Below are positions 30,973 to 41,148 of a stretch of 64,000 bases of DNA, piece after piece. Below the pieces are notes generated by a model. It was not told the DNA's origin and did not search any database. It saw only the letters and a list, made by a program, of their open reading frames with translations. Numbering within the stretch: position 1 is the first letter of the stretch; each line of letters opens with the position of its first letter. Source of the DNA: an uncultured Chloroflexia bacterium (GTDB taxonomy: Bacteria > Chloroflexota > Anaerolineae > Anaerolineales > Villigracilaceae); the NCBI GenBank assembly GCA_963814135.1, contig CAWFBZ010000013.1, forward strand, positions 41,222-105,221, read 5' to 3'. A program made the position numbers and the translations under genes.

Positions 30973-30987
30973 GTGCAACCCTGACTC

Positions 30988-31044
30988 GTAGTAACGACTT
31001 TAGTCGTTCCGTCCGGCACAAGCAACGACTGAGGTCGTTACTAC
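30988..31044. repeat. Inverted REP doublet of the same family
   Basis: GTAGTAACGACTTTAGTCGTT (30988-31008) and AACGACTGAGGTCGTTACTAC (31024-31044); 16 nt upstream of the RAYT ATG; the right copy overlaps the holB stop codon. Confidence 0.85.
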
Positions 31045-32051
31045 GACTTAGGCCAATCCAACAATAAGACTTCTATAAGCAGGCGCGGGTTGACGTTGCG
31101 TTCCAGTTTGTCGAGGGCGCCTTCGGCGCTTTCGACCAGGCGGCGGGCCTGGGGCAGCGAGAGTTGCCCGGCAAGCGCCTCGATCTCAGCAGTACGATCC
31201 ACGTTGGCGAGCAGCGAGGCTGGGTCAGACACGCTCAAAAAGACATCCCGCCAAAACGAAAGCCACTGCAGCAGCGTATCCCGCAGGCGTTCACGCGTCT
31301 CGGCTTTGCGATCGGTCAATTTCTCCGCAAAGGCGAATTGGTCCCGACGCCTGGACCGGAGCAGGTTCTGCAGGTCGTCCAGGCACTGTGCCCGGAATTT
31401 CAGGGCGGCCTTGTCATTAAGAAGATTCAGGGCAAAACCGGGGCGACCACCGGAAATGTGCGCCAGGAGATGGGCGGTCGGCTCATCTGCGCCGCGCGCT
31501 TTCAGGACGCTTTCCAGCTTCCCGACCGGCAACGGGCGCAGGCGCAGCACTTCGCAACGGGAAACGATGGTCGGAAGGAGTTGTTCGGGAGTATCGGCGG
31601 TCAGGAGCAGAAGGACGTGCGGCGGGGCTTCTTCCAGGGTCTTAAGCAGGGCGTTGGCCGCGTTGGCATTGGCTTCCTGAAAACGCAGGAAGAGCGCCAC
31701 GCGGTAGGAACCCTGGTAGGGCTTGAGCACCAGGCTCTGGCGCAAACTGCGGACCTGTTCCACCTTAAGCGTGCCGCCGGGTTTATCAGCCTGGACGATC
31801 GACAGGTCCGCATATTGCATCCGTTCGATCTGCTGGCAGGATCTGCAATTGCCGCAGGGTTCGGCCGGTCCGACCGGCTGCAAACAGTTCAAGGCCTGGG
31901 TCAGGCGCAATGCCAGGGTCCGGCGACCCAGGCCGGGCGACCCGCACAAAAGATAGGCGTTCCGCAGGGAATCGTGCGCCAGGTGCTGTTGGAGCATCTG
32001 CACGGCCCATTCATGCCCGATCAAGCCCCAGTTTTCCGTCATCTCCGGCAT
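31041..32051 (-). CDS. holB: DNA polymerase III delta-prime subunit
   Basis: 336 aa; GSPGLGRRTLA, zinc module CGNCRSCQQ, SRC motif TIVSRCEVLRL. Confidence 0.9.
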   Translation of the reverse strand: MPEMTENWGLIGHEWAVQMLQQHLAHDSLRNAYLLCGSPGLGRRTLALRLTQALNCLQPVGPAEPCGNCRSCQQIERMQYADLSIVQADKPGGTLKVEQVRSLRQSLVLKPYQGSYRVALFLRFQEANANAANALLKTLEEAPPHVLLLLTADTPEQLLPTIVSRCEVLRLRPLPVGKLESVLKARGADEPTAHLLAHISGGRPGFALNLLNDKAALKFRAQCLDDLQNLLRSRRRDQFAFAEKLTDRKAETRERLRDTLLQWLSFWRDVFLSVSDPASLLANVDRTAEIEALAGQLSLPQARRLVESAEGALDKLERNVNPRLLIEVLLLDWPKS

Positions 32052-32061
32052 CCCTGGTCCT

Positions 32062-32974
32062 TCATTCTTCCCCGGCTCTCAGCCGCAAATATGAATCATA
32101 GCGTTCCGGACTCACCGTACCGGCATCGACGGCGGCCCGTACCGCACAGCCGGGCTCGGTCTTGTGGTTGCAGTCGTTGAACTGGCAGTGTTGCACCAGC
32201 GGCGCCAGCTCGGGAAAATAACCATCCAGTTCTTCCGGTTCGGTATCCCAGAGCGCCAGGGAGCGCATCCCGGGTGTGTCGGCGACGTAACCTCCGTCCT
32301 CGAGCGGGAACAACTGTCGGACCGTGGTGGTATGCCGGCCTTTCTTGAATGCCGCGCTGATCTCGCGCACCGCCAGCCCCAGTCCGGGCTGGATGGCGTT
32401 CAGCAGGCTGGATTTACCCACGCCGCTTGGCCCGGCCAGGGCCGAGAGCTTGCCTTTCAATTGCTGGTGCAGTTCGTCCACCCCTTCGCCGGTCTTCGCA
32501 CAGGCGTAAATGACCGGGTAACCGAGCGGAACGTAAAAGCCAAACATTTCGACAGCCCGAGCGCGGCCCACCAGGTCGATCTTGTTGGCAACGATGATGG
32601 CGGGTAATTTCTGGCGTTCGGAGATGACCAGGTAGCGGTCGAGCATGCGCAGGTGTGGTTCCGGGCTGGCACAGGCGAAGACGAAAACCGCCTGGTCGGG
32701 ATTGGCCAGGATAACTTGCTGGTACACGCCCTGGGGACGCGGGTCGAGGCGCACCAGGGAATGGGAGCGCTCCTGAATGGCTTCGATGCTTCCCGAGCCC
32801 TCCGATTGGTAAGGAGACCTGCACCCGGTCTCCGATGGCGGCAATATCGCCGACGTGTTTGCCCTGTTTCAGGCGGCCGCGCAAATGACAGGTCAGTAGG
32901 CCGCGCTCGGTCTGGACGCTGAAAAAGCCCGATTGGGAGCGGATGATGAGACCAGGAATGTGTTCGGTCGGCAT
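32062..32974 (-). CDS. rsgA: Ribosome small-subunit-dependent GTPase A; frameshift near 32815
   Basis: OB-fold N-term GLIIRSQSGFFSVQTERG..GDRVQVS (ORF 32414..32980) joins YQSEGSGSIEAIQER..; permuted GTPase VANKIDLV, GPSGVGKSSLLN, DTPG; zinc knuckle CQFNDCNHKTEPGCAV. Confidence 0.9.
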
Positions 32975-35227
32975 TGCCAATGGATTACGGGTGTGGGGGT
33001 GGGCGTGACCGGGAGGCCGTAATCCGGGTTGATCACACCAAAGCTGGTTTCCCAGCCCGGGTAAACCGTCTGCGGCTTCCCGTTGAAGTAGATCTCCATG
33101 ACACGCCGGAAAATGGGTGCGGCCCAGATGGCGCCCTCGCCCTTGTTGTTGACCAGCACTGCCACAGCAATATCCGGTTTTTCAGCGCTGCCGTACATGC
33201 TGTAGCCTGCAAACCAGGCATGTGGATCGGTCGCGCCGCTTTCGGCGGTGCCGGTCTTGGCGGCGACGGGAACGGCATAGTTGCCCAGCTCGTAGTAGGC
33301 CGTGCCGCGCGGGTTGACCACCACCTGTCGCATGGCATCCTGGATAACCTTTAAATCGGCCGGTTTAACCGGCAGGGTGCCGGTGATCTGCGGGCTAAAA
33401 GAGAGCACCGCATCGCCGCCAACAGTTTGGACATTCTCAACCACCTGAGGGCGGTAAAGCGTGCCGCCATTGGCAACCGCGGCGATGAAGTCGGCCACCT
33501 GCAGAGGCGTGACCAGCACCTTGCCCTGGCCAATGGCAATGCTGGTGGCATCCAGACCATCGGTGGGATTGGGGATGGAGCCGGTGGCTTCGGCAACCTG
33601 ATCGATCCCGGTAGCCTTGCCGAGGCCGAAAGCCCTGGCCATGTTCGAGATATCGTCCTTGTGGACGCCGTCAGTCCTGGGTATAGAGCGTATACCCGAT
33701 ATGATAGAACCAGGGGTCGCACGAACGCATCAGCCCCTCGGGCAGGGTCAGCATGCCACTGGGCTGGCTCTTGGAGGCGGTGCAGGTATCGGTGCCGTTG
33801 GCGGCTTTTTCGTCCTGACAGTCCTGCCAGGTCCAGTCGTAGAGGGTATAACCGGGGACTTCCGTATAGGTATATTCGCAATCCAGGGTACTGGCAGGTG
33901 TGAAGATGCCACTCTCCAATGCGGCCGCCATTGTGACAATCTTGAAGACCGACCCGAGCGGATACTGGCCCTGGGTGGCCCGGTTGAAGGTCGGCTGGTT
34001 TGGATCATCCAGCATGGCTTGCAGGCTCCACTGGCGGTTGACGTTATTGGTGTCATACAGGTTGGGGTCGTACCCCGGCGAAGACACCATGGCAAGAACC
34101 CGTCCGGTATTGACTTCCATCACGACGATGGCGCCCGGCAGCCCGTCCATGGCATCCTGGACCTGTTTCTGAAAATTGCTGTCGATGGTCAGGGTGATCG
34201 TATCGGCCGGCTGGGAGTTCGACTGGCCCAGCACGTTATTGGGGTCGCCGTCCACGTAAAGGGAAGCGGCATCCCTGCCGTGCAAATAATCTTCACCCCA
34301 TTTCTCGATGCCTTCCACGCCGACGCGTTCCGTGCCATTGTAACCAAGCCGCTTGTAATAACTTAAATCTTCTGGCGAGATGTACAGGGTATAACCGACC
34401 GCGTGCGGTGCAATGTTGGGTTCATAAAATCGGGAGGTGTAGGGAGTGATCGATACGCCGGAAAAGGCTGCGATGAGGGAGTTGTTGACCGATTCCGCGC
34501 TGGCTTCACCGATCGGAACGTAATTCCCATCCGGGTAATTCTGGTATATATCCCGGATTGCGTTCGGGCGAACCCCGGTCAGCTTGAAAAGGGTATTCAC
34601 CACGGCATTTTCACTATCCGCTGAGACATTTCCGGCGATCAAGCCTAATGCATCTGCATCCGTCTGGGTGGCAATCGCATTGCCGTTGATGTCGTAAATA
34701 TCGCCACGGGCAGGCGGGATGTGTGCGGCAGCCAACTTCTTGCCACCTGCCAGCTCGGGCAGGATCATGCCATCATTCCACTCGATTTTCCAGGCGCCAT
34801 TTTCCAGGACAAGGTTGGTGGTAAAGTCGCGGCCGATGTCGCCGAAGAGGACGGTGTGATATATGAAGTGGAAAGCCATCTGGGCGGATTGCGGGTTGGT
34901 CAGGGACGAAAGGATGTTGTAGTCCATCCGGCTGACGCTCATGGTGTCGAGGGCGTTGGAGTAGCGCGTGCTGAAATCATCCAGGCTGATGGCGGCCTGA
35001 CTGGCACTGGTCAACTGGGCGTACATGCTGGCGTAATCTTGCGACACCTGCGCATCCAGGAAAGTGCGCATAACCGGCTCAGCACTCGGCACGGCGACGA
35101 CGGTAACCTGGGCAGTCGGCAGGGAGGTCGTTTTCGTGGGGACGGGTGCGAATATACTCCCTGGCCCCGAGCAGGCCGCCAGGAAAATGAACATCAATGG
35201 CAGGATCATCCATCGGACGAATTTCAT
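32893..35227 (-). CDS. Penicillin-binding protein 2-type D,D-transpeptidase with N-terminal NTF2-like domain; frameshift near 33672
   Basis: Signal/anchor MKFVRWMILPLMFIFLAAC; SxxK (GSVFKIVT), then ..YTQD*/DGVHKDDISNMARAFGLGK.. continues in ORF 32893..33642 with KTG (AKTGTAE); 3' end overlaps the rsgA start. Confidence 0.85.
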
Positions 35228-35245
35228 GCTAAATCTCTTTCTCGA

Positions 35246-35914
35246 TCAACCAACCGGTTCTCCGCGCAGGACAGCGGAGGAAATGGGACAGGTGTACGCA
35301 AAGGCGGAGCGACATTGCTCGGCCTGGCCGGTCGCCAGGGGCAGACCGAATTTGGCCAGGTTGCGCGCCAGGTGGCAAAGCGGGAGTCCCATTACACTGG
35401 CATAGCAGCCATGCAGACTTTCGACCGGGTGGAACCCGGCGTGCTGGATGGCATAGGCGCCGGCTTTATCCAGTGGATCGCGGCTGGCGACGTAAGCCTC
35501 GATCTCGTCGTCGCGGTAATCCCGCATGGGCACATCCGTGATACACAGGTCGGTCGCCATTTTTCCATCCGATTTTCTCAAGACGGCCAGGCCGGTATAG
35601 ACCTGATGGGTGCGTCCGCGTAAACGACGCAACATTTCCACCGCTTCGGATGGATCCTTCGGCTTCCCCATAATGGTCTTCCCGTCGACCACAGCTGTAT
35701 CGGCGGCCAGGACGAGTGAGTCCGGGGGGGAGACGGCTGCGCAGGCACGTGCCTTGCTCCCGGCCAGGCGCAGCACGTATGCGCCGGGCTCTTCGCCGTG
35801 CAGCGGACTCTCGTCCACATCGGCAGGCCGTGCCTGGAACATCCAACCTCCCAGCGCCAACAACTCACGCCGCCGCGGGGAGCCAGACGCCAGGACCAGC
35901 ACAGGTTTTTCCAC
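35246..35914 (-). CDS. maf: Maf-like nucleoside triphosphate pyrophosphatase
   Basis: GTG 35914 (VEKPVLVLASGSPRRRELL..), DKAGAYAIQ motif; the longer ORF to 36073 would run through a terminator hairpin. Confidence 0.82.
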   Translation of the reverse strand: MEKPVLVLASGSPRRRELLALGGWMFQARPADVDESPLHGEEPGAYVLRLAGSKARACAAVSPPDSLVLAADTAVVDGKTIMGKPKDPSEAVEMLRRLRGRTHQVYTGLAVLRKSDGKMATDLCITDVPMRDYRDDEIEAYVASRDPLDKAGAYAIQHAGFHPVESLHGCYASVMGLPLCHLARNLAKFGLPLATGQAEQCRSAFAYTCPISSAVLRGEPVG

Positions 35915-35984
35915 GCTCCGGATTCTAACACACCTGACCAGGCAGGCTGTTTGGAAAAGATGGGCTCTCTGGGAATTGCCGGGA

Positions 35985-36035
35985 TGATGGGATAAATAGG
36001 GGGTGTTGGGCGGGCTTTGCCCGCCCAACACCCCC
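35985..36035 (-). terminator. Strong stem-loop (17-bp stem) after the ABC-2 permease gene
   Basis: GGGGGTGTTGGGCGGGC-TTT-GCCCGCCCAACACCCCC at 35999-36035; on the minus strand followed by CUAUUUAU. Confidence 0.6.
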
Positions 36036-36094
36036 ATATCTTCCCCTCTACCCCGGCGAATCCCAATGAACAAAAGATGAGAGGAAAGGGTTCA

Positions 36095-36808
36095 TTACCT
36101 CAAGAGCAGGCGCGAGCGGCGGAAGCTGGCAATCGAGACCCCCAGCAATAGGACGTCCAGAAGAGCCACAACCAGCATGAAGAGCATAAACATCTGGGAA
36201 GAACTCATCCCCTGGAACAGTTGCGTCGGCAACGCCCTTACCACGAAGTAGATCACGACAAACAGTGCCACCGAACCTAAGAGCAAGGTTTGCTGCGCCT
36301 GTCGGGTCGTAGGACTGTGCAGGGAAACCAATATCCCGCCGCTGGCTGCTAGAAGACAAGCCAACAGGCTTGCAATCAGTACTGCCAACCAACCACTGAC
36401 AGGAGTATAGAACCTCCACGGCCCTGGTCCTTTCGCCAGGTTCACAACGACCAGACCCAGCAATGAGGCAATCACCGTCATCCCCCAGATGTAGCCGACA
36501 GTGGCAACAAGCTTTCCCCACAAAATTCCCCGATTCGATATCCGGCTGGCTAACAAGGTTTCCAGGGTGTGCCGTTCACGCTCCCCGGCGAATGAATCCC
36601 CGATGTACATGAGAATATAGAAATAAGGGAAGAGCACACTCGCCAAAACCATTGCAGTTGAAAGTGTCAGCCATCCCTGTCTATTGATCCATGGCAAAAT
36701 AATTCCCAGGAAAGCGATGAAAACCAGCGGGCTTATGTTGGTCAACTTTCCTTTTGGAAAGATAACCTCTCGCCATTCCTTCCAAACCATCGTCCCAATA
36801 TCACTCAT
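36095..36808 (-). CDS. ABC-2 type transporter permease
   Basis: 237 aa, six hydrophobic segments, ..GERERHTLETLLASRISNRGILWGK.. motif; overlaps the ATPase gene end. Confidence 0.75.
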   Translation of the reverse strand: MSDIGTMVWKEWREVIFPKGKLTNISPLVFIAFLGIILPWINRQGWLTLSTAMVLASVLFPYFYILMYIGDSFAGERERHTLETLLASRISNRGILWGKLVATVGYIWGMTVIASLLGLVVVNLAKGPGPWRFYTPVSGWLAVLIASLLACLLAASGGILVSLHSPTTRQAQQTLLLGSVALFVVIYFVVRALPTQLFQGMSSSQMFMLFMLVVALLDVLLLGVSIASFRRSRLLLR

Positions 36809-37739
36809 TTTTATCCTCCTTCATCAGCGTCAGGAAGACGTCCTCCAGGCTGCTCTCCTCTCGGCAGACTTCCTCCACCTCACCTCCCGATTGGACGATC
36901 AAGCGCACCAGCGCAGCGGTCTGGGCCTGCCCGCGCAGCTCGATCCGCAAAATCCCATTTTGCTGCTCCAGGCTGGCAACCTCCGGGAGCCCTCGCAGCG
37001 AAGCCAGGATTTGTTCATTAAATCCACGACCCTTGATCTCGACATGCGGGCTGCCCTTGCGCATGCGTAGTTCGTTGGGATTAGCGACCATCAAAAGTTT
37101 GCCGTTGCGGATCACACCCACACGCTCACAAAGTTTTTCCGCCTCGTTCAGGTTGTGGGTATTGAGGAAAACAGTCACGCCTTCACGCGCCACCATGCCT
37201 GCCAGGTCGCTGTGCAGGGCGGCAGCCGCCACCGGATCGAATCCTGCGGTCGGTTCATCCAGGAAAACCAATCCAGGGCGGTGAAAAAGGGCGCGCGCCA
37301 CCGCCAGTTTTTGCTTCATACCCCGGCTCCATTTGCCCACCTGCTCCTTGCGGCGCTCCCACAGGTCCAGGTGCGTAAGCAGCTCTTGGATGCGCCTCTT
37401 CCGGTCTGGAGCCGGCATCTGGTAGATGCGCCCGTATAAATCCAGGTTATCCTCGGCGGTCATGCGTTCGTACAGGCCTGAAAACTCAAGCAGCGCGCCG
37501 GTGCGGGCGCGAATTTCGTCCGCCTGGGTGCGCGTGTCGAAGCCCAGCACGCGTGCCCGGCCCCGGGAAGGTTCGAGCAGGCCTAATAAAAGCTGGATCG
37601 TGGTGGTCTTCCCGGCCCCATTCGGTCCGAGAAACCCGAAGACGATCCCTGCCGGTACTTCCAGCGAAAGGTCATCGACGGCCTTTACTTCGCCAAAGCT
37701 ACGGGAAAGATGTTCGGTACGGATAATCGGCTCGGACAT
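36801..37739 (-). CDS. ABC transporter ATP-binding protein
   Basis: Walker A GPNGAGKTT, signature-like WSRGMKQKLAVA, Walker B LVFLDEPTAGFD. Confidence 0.92.
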   Translation of the reverse strand: MSEPIIRTEHLSRSFGEVKAVDDLSLEVPAGIVFGFLGPNGAGKTTTIQLLLGLLEPSRGRARVLGFDTRTQADEIRARTGALLEFSGLYERMTAEDNLDLYGRIYQMPAPDRKRRIQELLTHLDLWERRKEQVGKWSRGMKQKLAVARALFHRPGLVFLDEPTAGFDPVAAAALHSDLAGMVAREGVTVFLNTHNLNEAEKLCERVGVIRNGKLLMVANPNELRMRKGSPHVEIKGRGFNEQILASLRGLPEVASLEQQNGILRIELRGQAQTAALVRLIVQSGGEVEEVCREESSLEDVFLTLMKEDKNE

Positions 37740-37802
37740 TTCAAGCCAGTCCTTTCGAGTGAATTACTCCACGAATGCGGGTATTCGGCGCCTCAATCCA
37801 GT

Positions 37803-38285
37803 TCAAAGGACGAACCGGCTTCCATTCATGCTTTTTGAGGGATCAATTTCGCATCCGGATCCGCGAAACGCCTGGCGTTGGAGTTCTGTTGTTGAGCGTC
37901 TCGCGCCCTCCCAGCGTGCCAGCTCTATTTCGAAGGCCAGCCGGATTTCTTCGGCCGGATATCCAAGACTGAACGCATTGTTGATCACGTTGTCAATCAT
38001 TGCCTTCAATTGGTCTTTGCGGACTTGCGTCAAATGCACGTCGTCTGGGTGTTCGCGCACATACGTCCCGCGCCCACGCTGCGTCGTGATCACGCCTTCG
38101 GTATCCAGTGTCTCATAGGCCCTGGCGACGGTATTGGGGTTGATTCGTAGGTCGGTCGCAAGCATGCGCACGGTCGGCAATTGCTCCCCCGGTTTCATCA
38201 CTCTGGTTGCTACCTGGTGTTTGACGGCGGAAATGATTTGCAAATAAATTGGCTCTGGCCTGTTGGGATCGATTCGAATTTCCAT
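37803..38285 (-). CDS. GntR-family (YtrA-like) transcriptional regulator
   Basis: PIYLQIISAVKHQVATRVMKPGEQLPTVRMLATDLRINPNTVARAYETLDTEGVITTQRGRGTYV winged-helix signature. Confidence 0.88.
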   Translation of the reverse strand: MEIRIDPNRPEPIYLQIISAVKHQVATRVMKPGEQLPTVRMLATDLRINPNTVARAYETLDTEGVITTQRGRGTYVREHPDDVHLTQVRKDQLKAMIDNVINNAFSLGYPAEEIRLAFEIELARWEGARRSTTELQRQAFRGSGCEIDPSKSMNGSRFVL

Positions 38286-38299
38286 CCTCTGTCCTTATA

Positions 38300-38350
38300 T
38301 TGTACTAGTTGAACTAGTACAATTATATTTAGACTCCCTTGGATTGTCAA
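38300..38350 (-). promoter_or_regulatory. Consensus promoter plus 23-bp palindromic operator for the GntR/ABC operon
   Basis: Minus strand TTGACA (38350-38345), 17 nt, TATAAT (38327-38322), immediately followed by TTGTACTAGTT-G/C-AACTAGTACAA (38322-38300). Confidence 0.65.
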
Positions 38351-38400
38351 GGCATTCTGCAGGACCTCGGACATAAGTTCAGGCACTTTTCGAGGAATTC

Positions 38401-38445
38401 AAAAAAAGGGTTGCACGCTGTATTTCACGCGCAACCCTTTTTTTT
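38401..38445 (-). terminator. Intrinsic (bidirectional-looking) terminator after the CPBP protease gene
   Basis: A7-GGGTTGCACG..loop..CGCGCAACCC-T8. Confidence 0.7.
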
Positions 38446-38456
38446 ACAGTTTATTG

Positions 38457-39356
38457 TCAGGCCTTCAAGGCACGCCGGGAAACGAACAACAAGATCGCCA
38501 GGAGGGCATAGCCGGCGAAGCCGATCAAGCCAACCGGCAGCGGGCCAATCAATGGATTGGGATTGCCAACGGTTGCAAAAACGGCGATGGCGGCAATCCC
38601 ATTAATGGCGGCATGCCCGATGACTGCCGGCCAGACGCTCTTTGCGCGCAAGACCAACCAGCCCAGGAAAGTCCCAAAGGCAATTGTGACCAGGATGAAC
38701 AGCAATGGGCCGACCCAGGGATAGCCCGGGTAAGAAAAGCCGTATTCATAGCCCATGAAGATGACCGGCCAGTGCCAGACACCCCAGATCAAGCCAATCA
38801 AGAGCATGGCTTTGCGGCCGCCCAGCGGCATGAGTTTCGGCAGCAGGTAGGCTCGCCAGCCGAACTCCTCGCCGAACGTGGCGAGCGAATTGAGCAGCGG
38901 TGAAAGCAGGATGGCCTGGACGATCTGGAGGATCGCCAGCGTCCAGGGCGTCAGGGCGGCTGGCGTGGAGGCGCCCATCAACTTGCGTAGAGGCGCGAGC
39001 GTCGCGTCGAAATACTGTGGAAACAGGAAGAAGAACAGGGCGGCTCCAAACACAGTCAGCAGGGCAGGCAGAATCCAGCCGGCCAGCCAGTAACCCCAGC
39101 CCTGCTTGAAGTTCGGACGCAGGCTCATGTCCTTCCAGCCCTCACGCGTGACCAGGCGGGTCAGGAGGTTGCCCAAAGCCGGTGCACCCATGTAGACAGT
39201 CGCCAGGAGAACGACCGCCAGGCTGACGCCCGAGAAGATCTGGGGACTACCGGTTAATCCCCCGGTCAGGTAGATAACCAGACCGGCGATCCAGGCAATG
39301 CCGAACGCAAACGCCAGGAAGATAGCAATCCTGCGGGTTTCAAGTTTTGGTTCCAT
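38457..39356 (-). CDS. CPBP-family intramembrane glutamic endopeptidase (CAAX protease/Abi type)
   Basis: ATG 39356 (MEPKLETRR..); EEFGWRAYL (EExxxR), IWGVWHWP, IGHAAINGI motifs; multiple TM segments. Confidence 0.85.
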   Translation of the reverse strand: MEPKLETRRIAIFLAFAFGIAWIAGLVIYLTGGLTGSPQIFSGVSLAVVLLATVYMGAPALGNLLTRLVTREGWKDMSLRPNFKQGWGYWLAGWILPALLTVFGAALFFFLFPQYFDATLAPLRKLMGASTPAALTPWTLAILQIVQAILLSPLLNSLATFGEEFGWRAYLLPKLMPLGGRKAMLLIGLIWGVWHWPVIFMGYEYGFSYPGYPWVGPLLFILVTIAFGTFLGWLVLRAKSVWPAVIGHAAINGIAAIAVFATVGNPNPLIGPLPVGLIGFAGYALLAILLFVSRRALKA

Positions 39357-39434
39357 GCTGGAATTCTCTTTCTCACGTTTCACGTGAAACAAAAAACTGG
39401 ATTATCATCTCAATAAAGAACGATGCCAGGTAGA

Positions 39435-40196
39435 TTATATTTCCTGGCGGCGGAAAACGAGGCAGGCGACCAGCAAAGCCAGGACGATCAGACCCAAGCT
39501 GATCTCCAGGGCCGGCCAGGCCGTACCAGTCCCGCCCATCAGCTGGGTTGCTCCCCAGCTGAACAGCCGTCCGGGGAAATATTCCCCGATGGAAGGCAGG
39601 GCGCCGACCCCGCCGATCAGCACCAGGGCCAGGAAGGCCAGGCCGACGGCGGTTCCATTCGTTCGGGCCAGGGTGCTGGCCAGCACCGCCATGGCCATGT
39701 ACACCAGGAATACCACCAGCATCAACCCGTTCAAGGCCAGGAAGGGTCCCCAGGCCAGGGGTTCAAAAAGCACCCACGTGTAGTACCAGCAGCCCAGGGC
39801 AGCCAGCGCCAGGCCGATCGCAAAAGTGACTGCCAGCGCTGAAAACTTGGCTAAAATAAATGTTTCACGTGAAACAGGACGGGTCAGGAAAAAGGCCGCC
39901 GTACCGCGTTCCTTTTCCTGCACCACTACGCCCATACTCACTAACAATGCGAGCAGGATCCCAAACTGGCTCATATTCTTGACGTACTGGGTGATGGCGT
40001 CTGCCACGCTCGGGGCAGGGATGGCGGACAGCAATCCAGCCGGTACACCCGGGATGGCCTTGAGCATTTCGGGCGTAAATTTTGCCAGCAGGGGGGATGC
40101 CAGTCCAAAAACAAACAGAACTGCTACCACGATCAGGAAACGATAGGTACGCCACTGCTCCATTAATTCCTTGCGAAAGACGGCTATGAAATTCAT
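39435..40196 (-). CDS. ABC-2 type transporter permease
   Basis: 253 aa, six hydrophobic segments, ..VVQEKERGTAAFFLTRPVSRETFILAK.. motif. Confidence 0.75.
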   Translation of the reverse strand: MNFIAVFRKELMEQWRTYRFLIVVAVLFVFGLASPLLAKFTPEMLKAIPGVPAGLLSAIPAPSVADAITQYVKNMSQFGILLALLVSMGVVVQEKERGTAAFFLTRPVSRETFILAKFSALAVTFAIGLALAALGCWYYTWVLFEPLAWGPFLALNGLMLVVFLVYMAMAVLASTLARTNGTAVGLAFLALVLIGGVGALPSIGEYFPGRLFSWGATQLMGGTGTAWPALEISLGLIVLALLVACLVFRRQEI

Positions 40197-41128
40197 GCGG
40201 CACTCTCCGTTCCAACCAGCTGCAGGAATACGTCCTCCAGGGAGGGGCGGACTTCCTCATAGCGGGTCAAGGATACACCGGCTCCCAGCGCCAGGGCCAA
40301 CAGCTCGCGCCTGGCCGGGCGGATGTCCCTGACCAGGATGCGGAAGGCGCCGTTGCGCGCCGCGATACCATTCACCCACGGCAACCGGCGCAGGCTTTCG
40401 ACCCACAGCGCCAGGGCGGTGGGGTCTTCGCCCTCCACTTCCAGGGCAGGGACGGCGTAACGCTCCAGCAGTTCCTGGCGCGGCGCCTGGACCAGCATGC
40501 GGCCGCGCGAAATAATGCCAACCACATCACAAACACGTTCCACGTCCGCCAGGATATGCGTGGACATGACCACGGTGCATTGGCCGCGCAAATCCCCGAT
40601 CAGGTCGAGCACTTCCTTGCGACCAGCCGGATCGAGGGCGCTGGCGGGCTCGTCCAGGAAGAGCACTTCGGGGTGGTGGAAGAGCGCAGCCGCGATGCCA
40701 AGGCGCTGGCGCATGCCGCGTGAAAAGCCGGTGATGCGCCGCCTGGAAACCGGCTCCAGTTTCACCAGGGCGAGCAATTCCCGCGTCCGGTCACGCCGTT
40801 GCGACGCGGACAGGCCGTACAGGCGACCCAGGTAATCCAGGAATTCGCGCGGCGACATCCAGGTATAAAAGGCGGGTTCCTCGGGCAGGTGGCTGATGCG
40901 GCGGGAGAGGGTACCTCCATCCTTCAGGATATCCACCCCGGCCACCCGGGCATTCCCGGAAGTGGGGCGCGCCAAACCGGTCAGAATGCGTAAAGTGGTG
41001 GTTTTCCCGGCCCCGTTGGGACCCAGGAATCCGTACACCGAGCCGGCCGCCACCTGCATGTCCAGCCCATCCAGGGCATGGACGGCGCCGTAATATTTCT
41101 TCAAGGATTCGATTTGAACCGTGCTCAT
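40193..41128 (-). CDS. ABC transporter ATP-binding protein
   Basis: Walker A GPNGAGKTT, FSRGMRQRLGIA, Walker B VLFLDEPASALD. Confidence 0.92.
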   Translation of the reverse strand: MSTVQIESLKKYYGAVHALDGLDMQVAAGSVYGFLGPNGAGKTTTLRILTGLARPTSGNARVAGVDILKDGGTLSRRISHLPEEPAFYTWMSPREFLDYLGRLYGLSASQRRDRTRELLALVKLEPVSRRRITGFSRGMRQRLGIAAALFHHPEVLFLDEPASALDPAGRKEVLDLIGDLRGQCTVVMSTHILADVERVCDVVGIISRGRMLVQAPRQELLERYAVPALEVEGEDPTALALWVESLRRLPWVNGIAARNGAFRILVRDIRPARRELLALALGAGVSLTRYEEVRPSLEDVFLQLVGTESAA

Positions 41129-41148
41129 GGATTTTTCCTATTCTGAAT

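Noticed and set aside
35915-36073. N-terminal extension of the maf ORF (MFIGIRRGRGEDMG...)
   Set aside because: The extension runs through the 17-bp-stem terminator hairpin of the upstream operon and has no homology-like features. The conserved Maf N-terminus (LASGSPRRRELL) begins right after the GTG at 35914.
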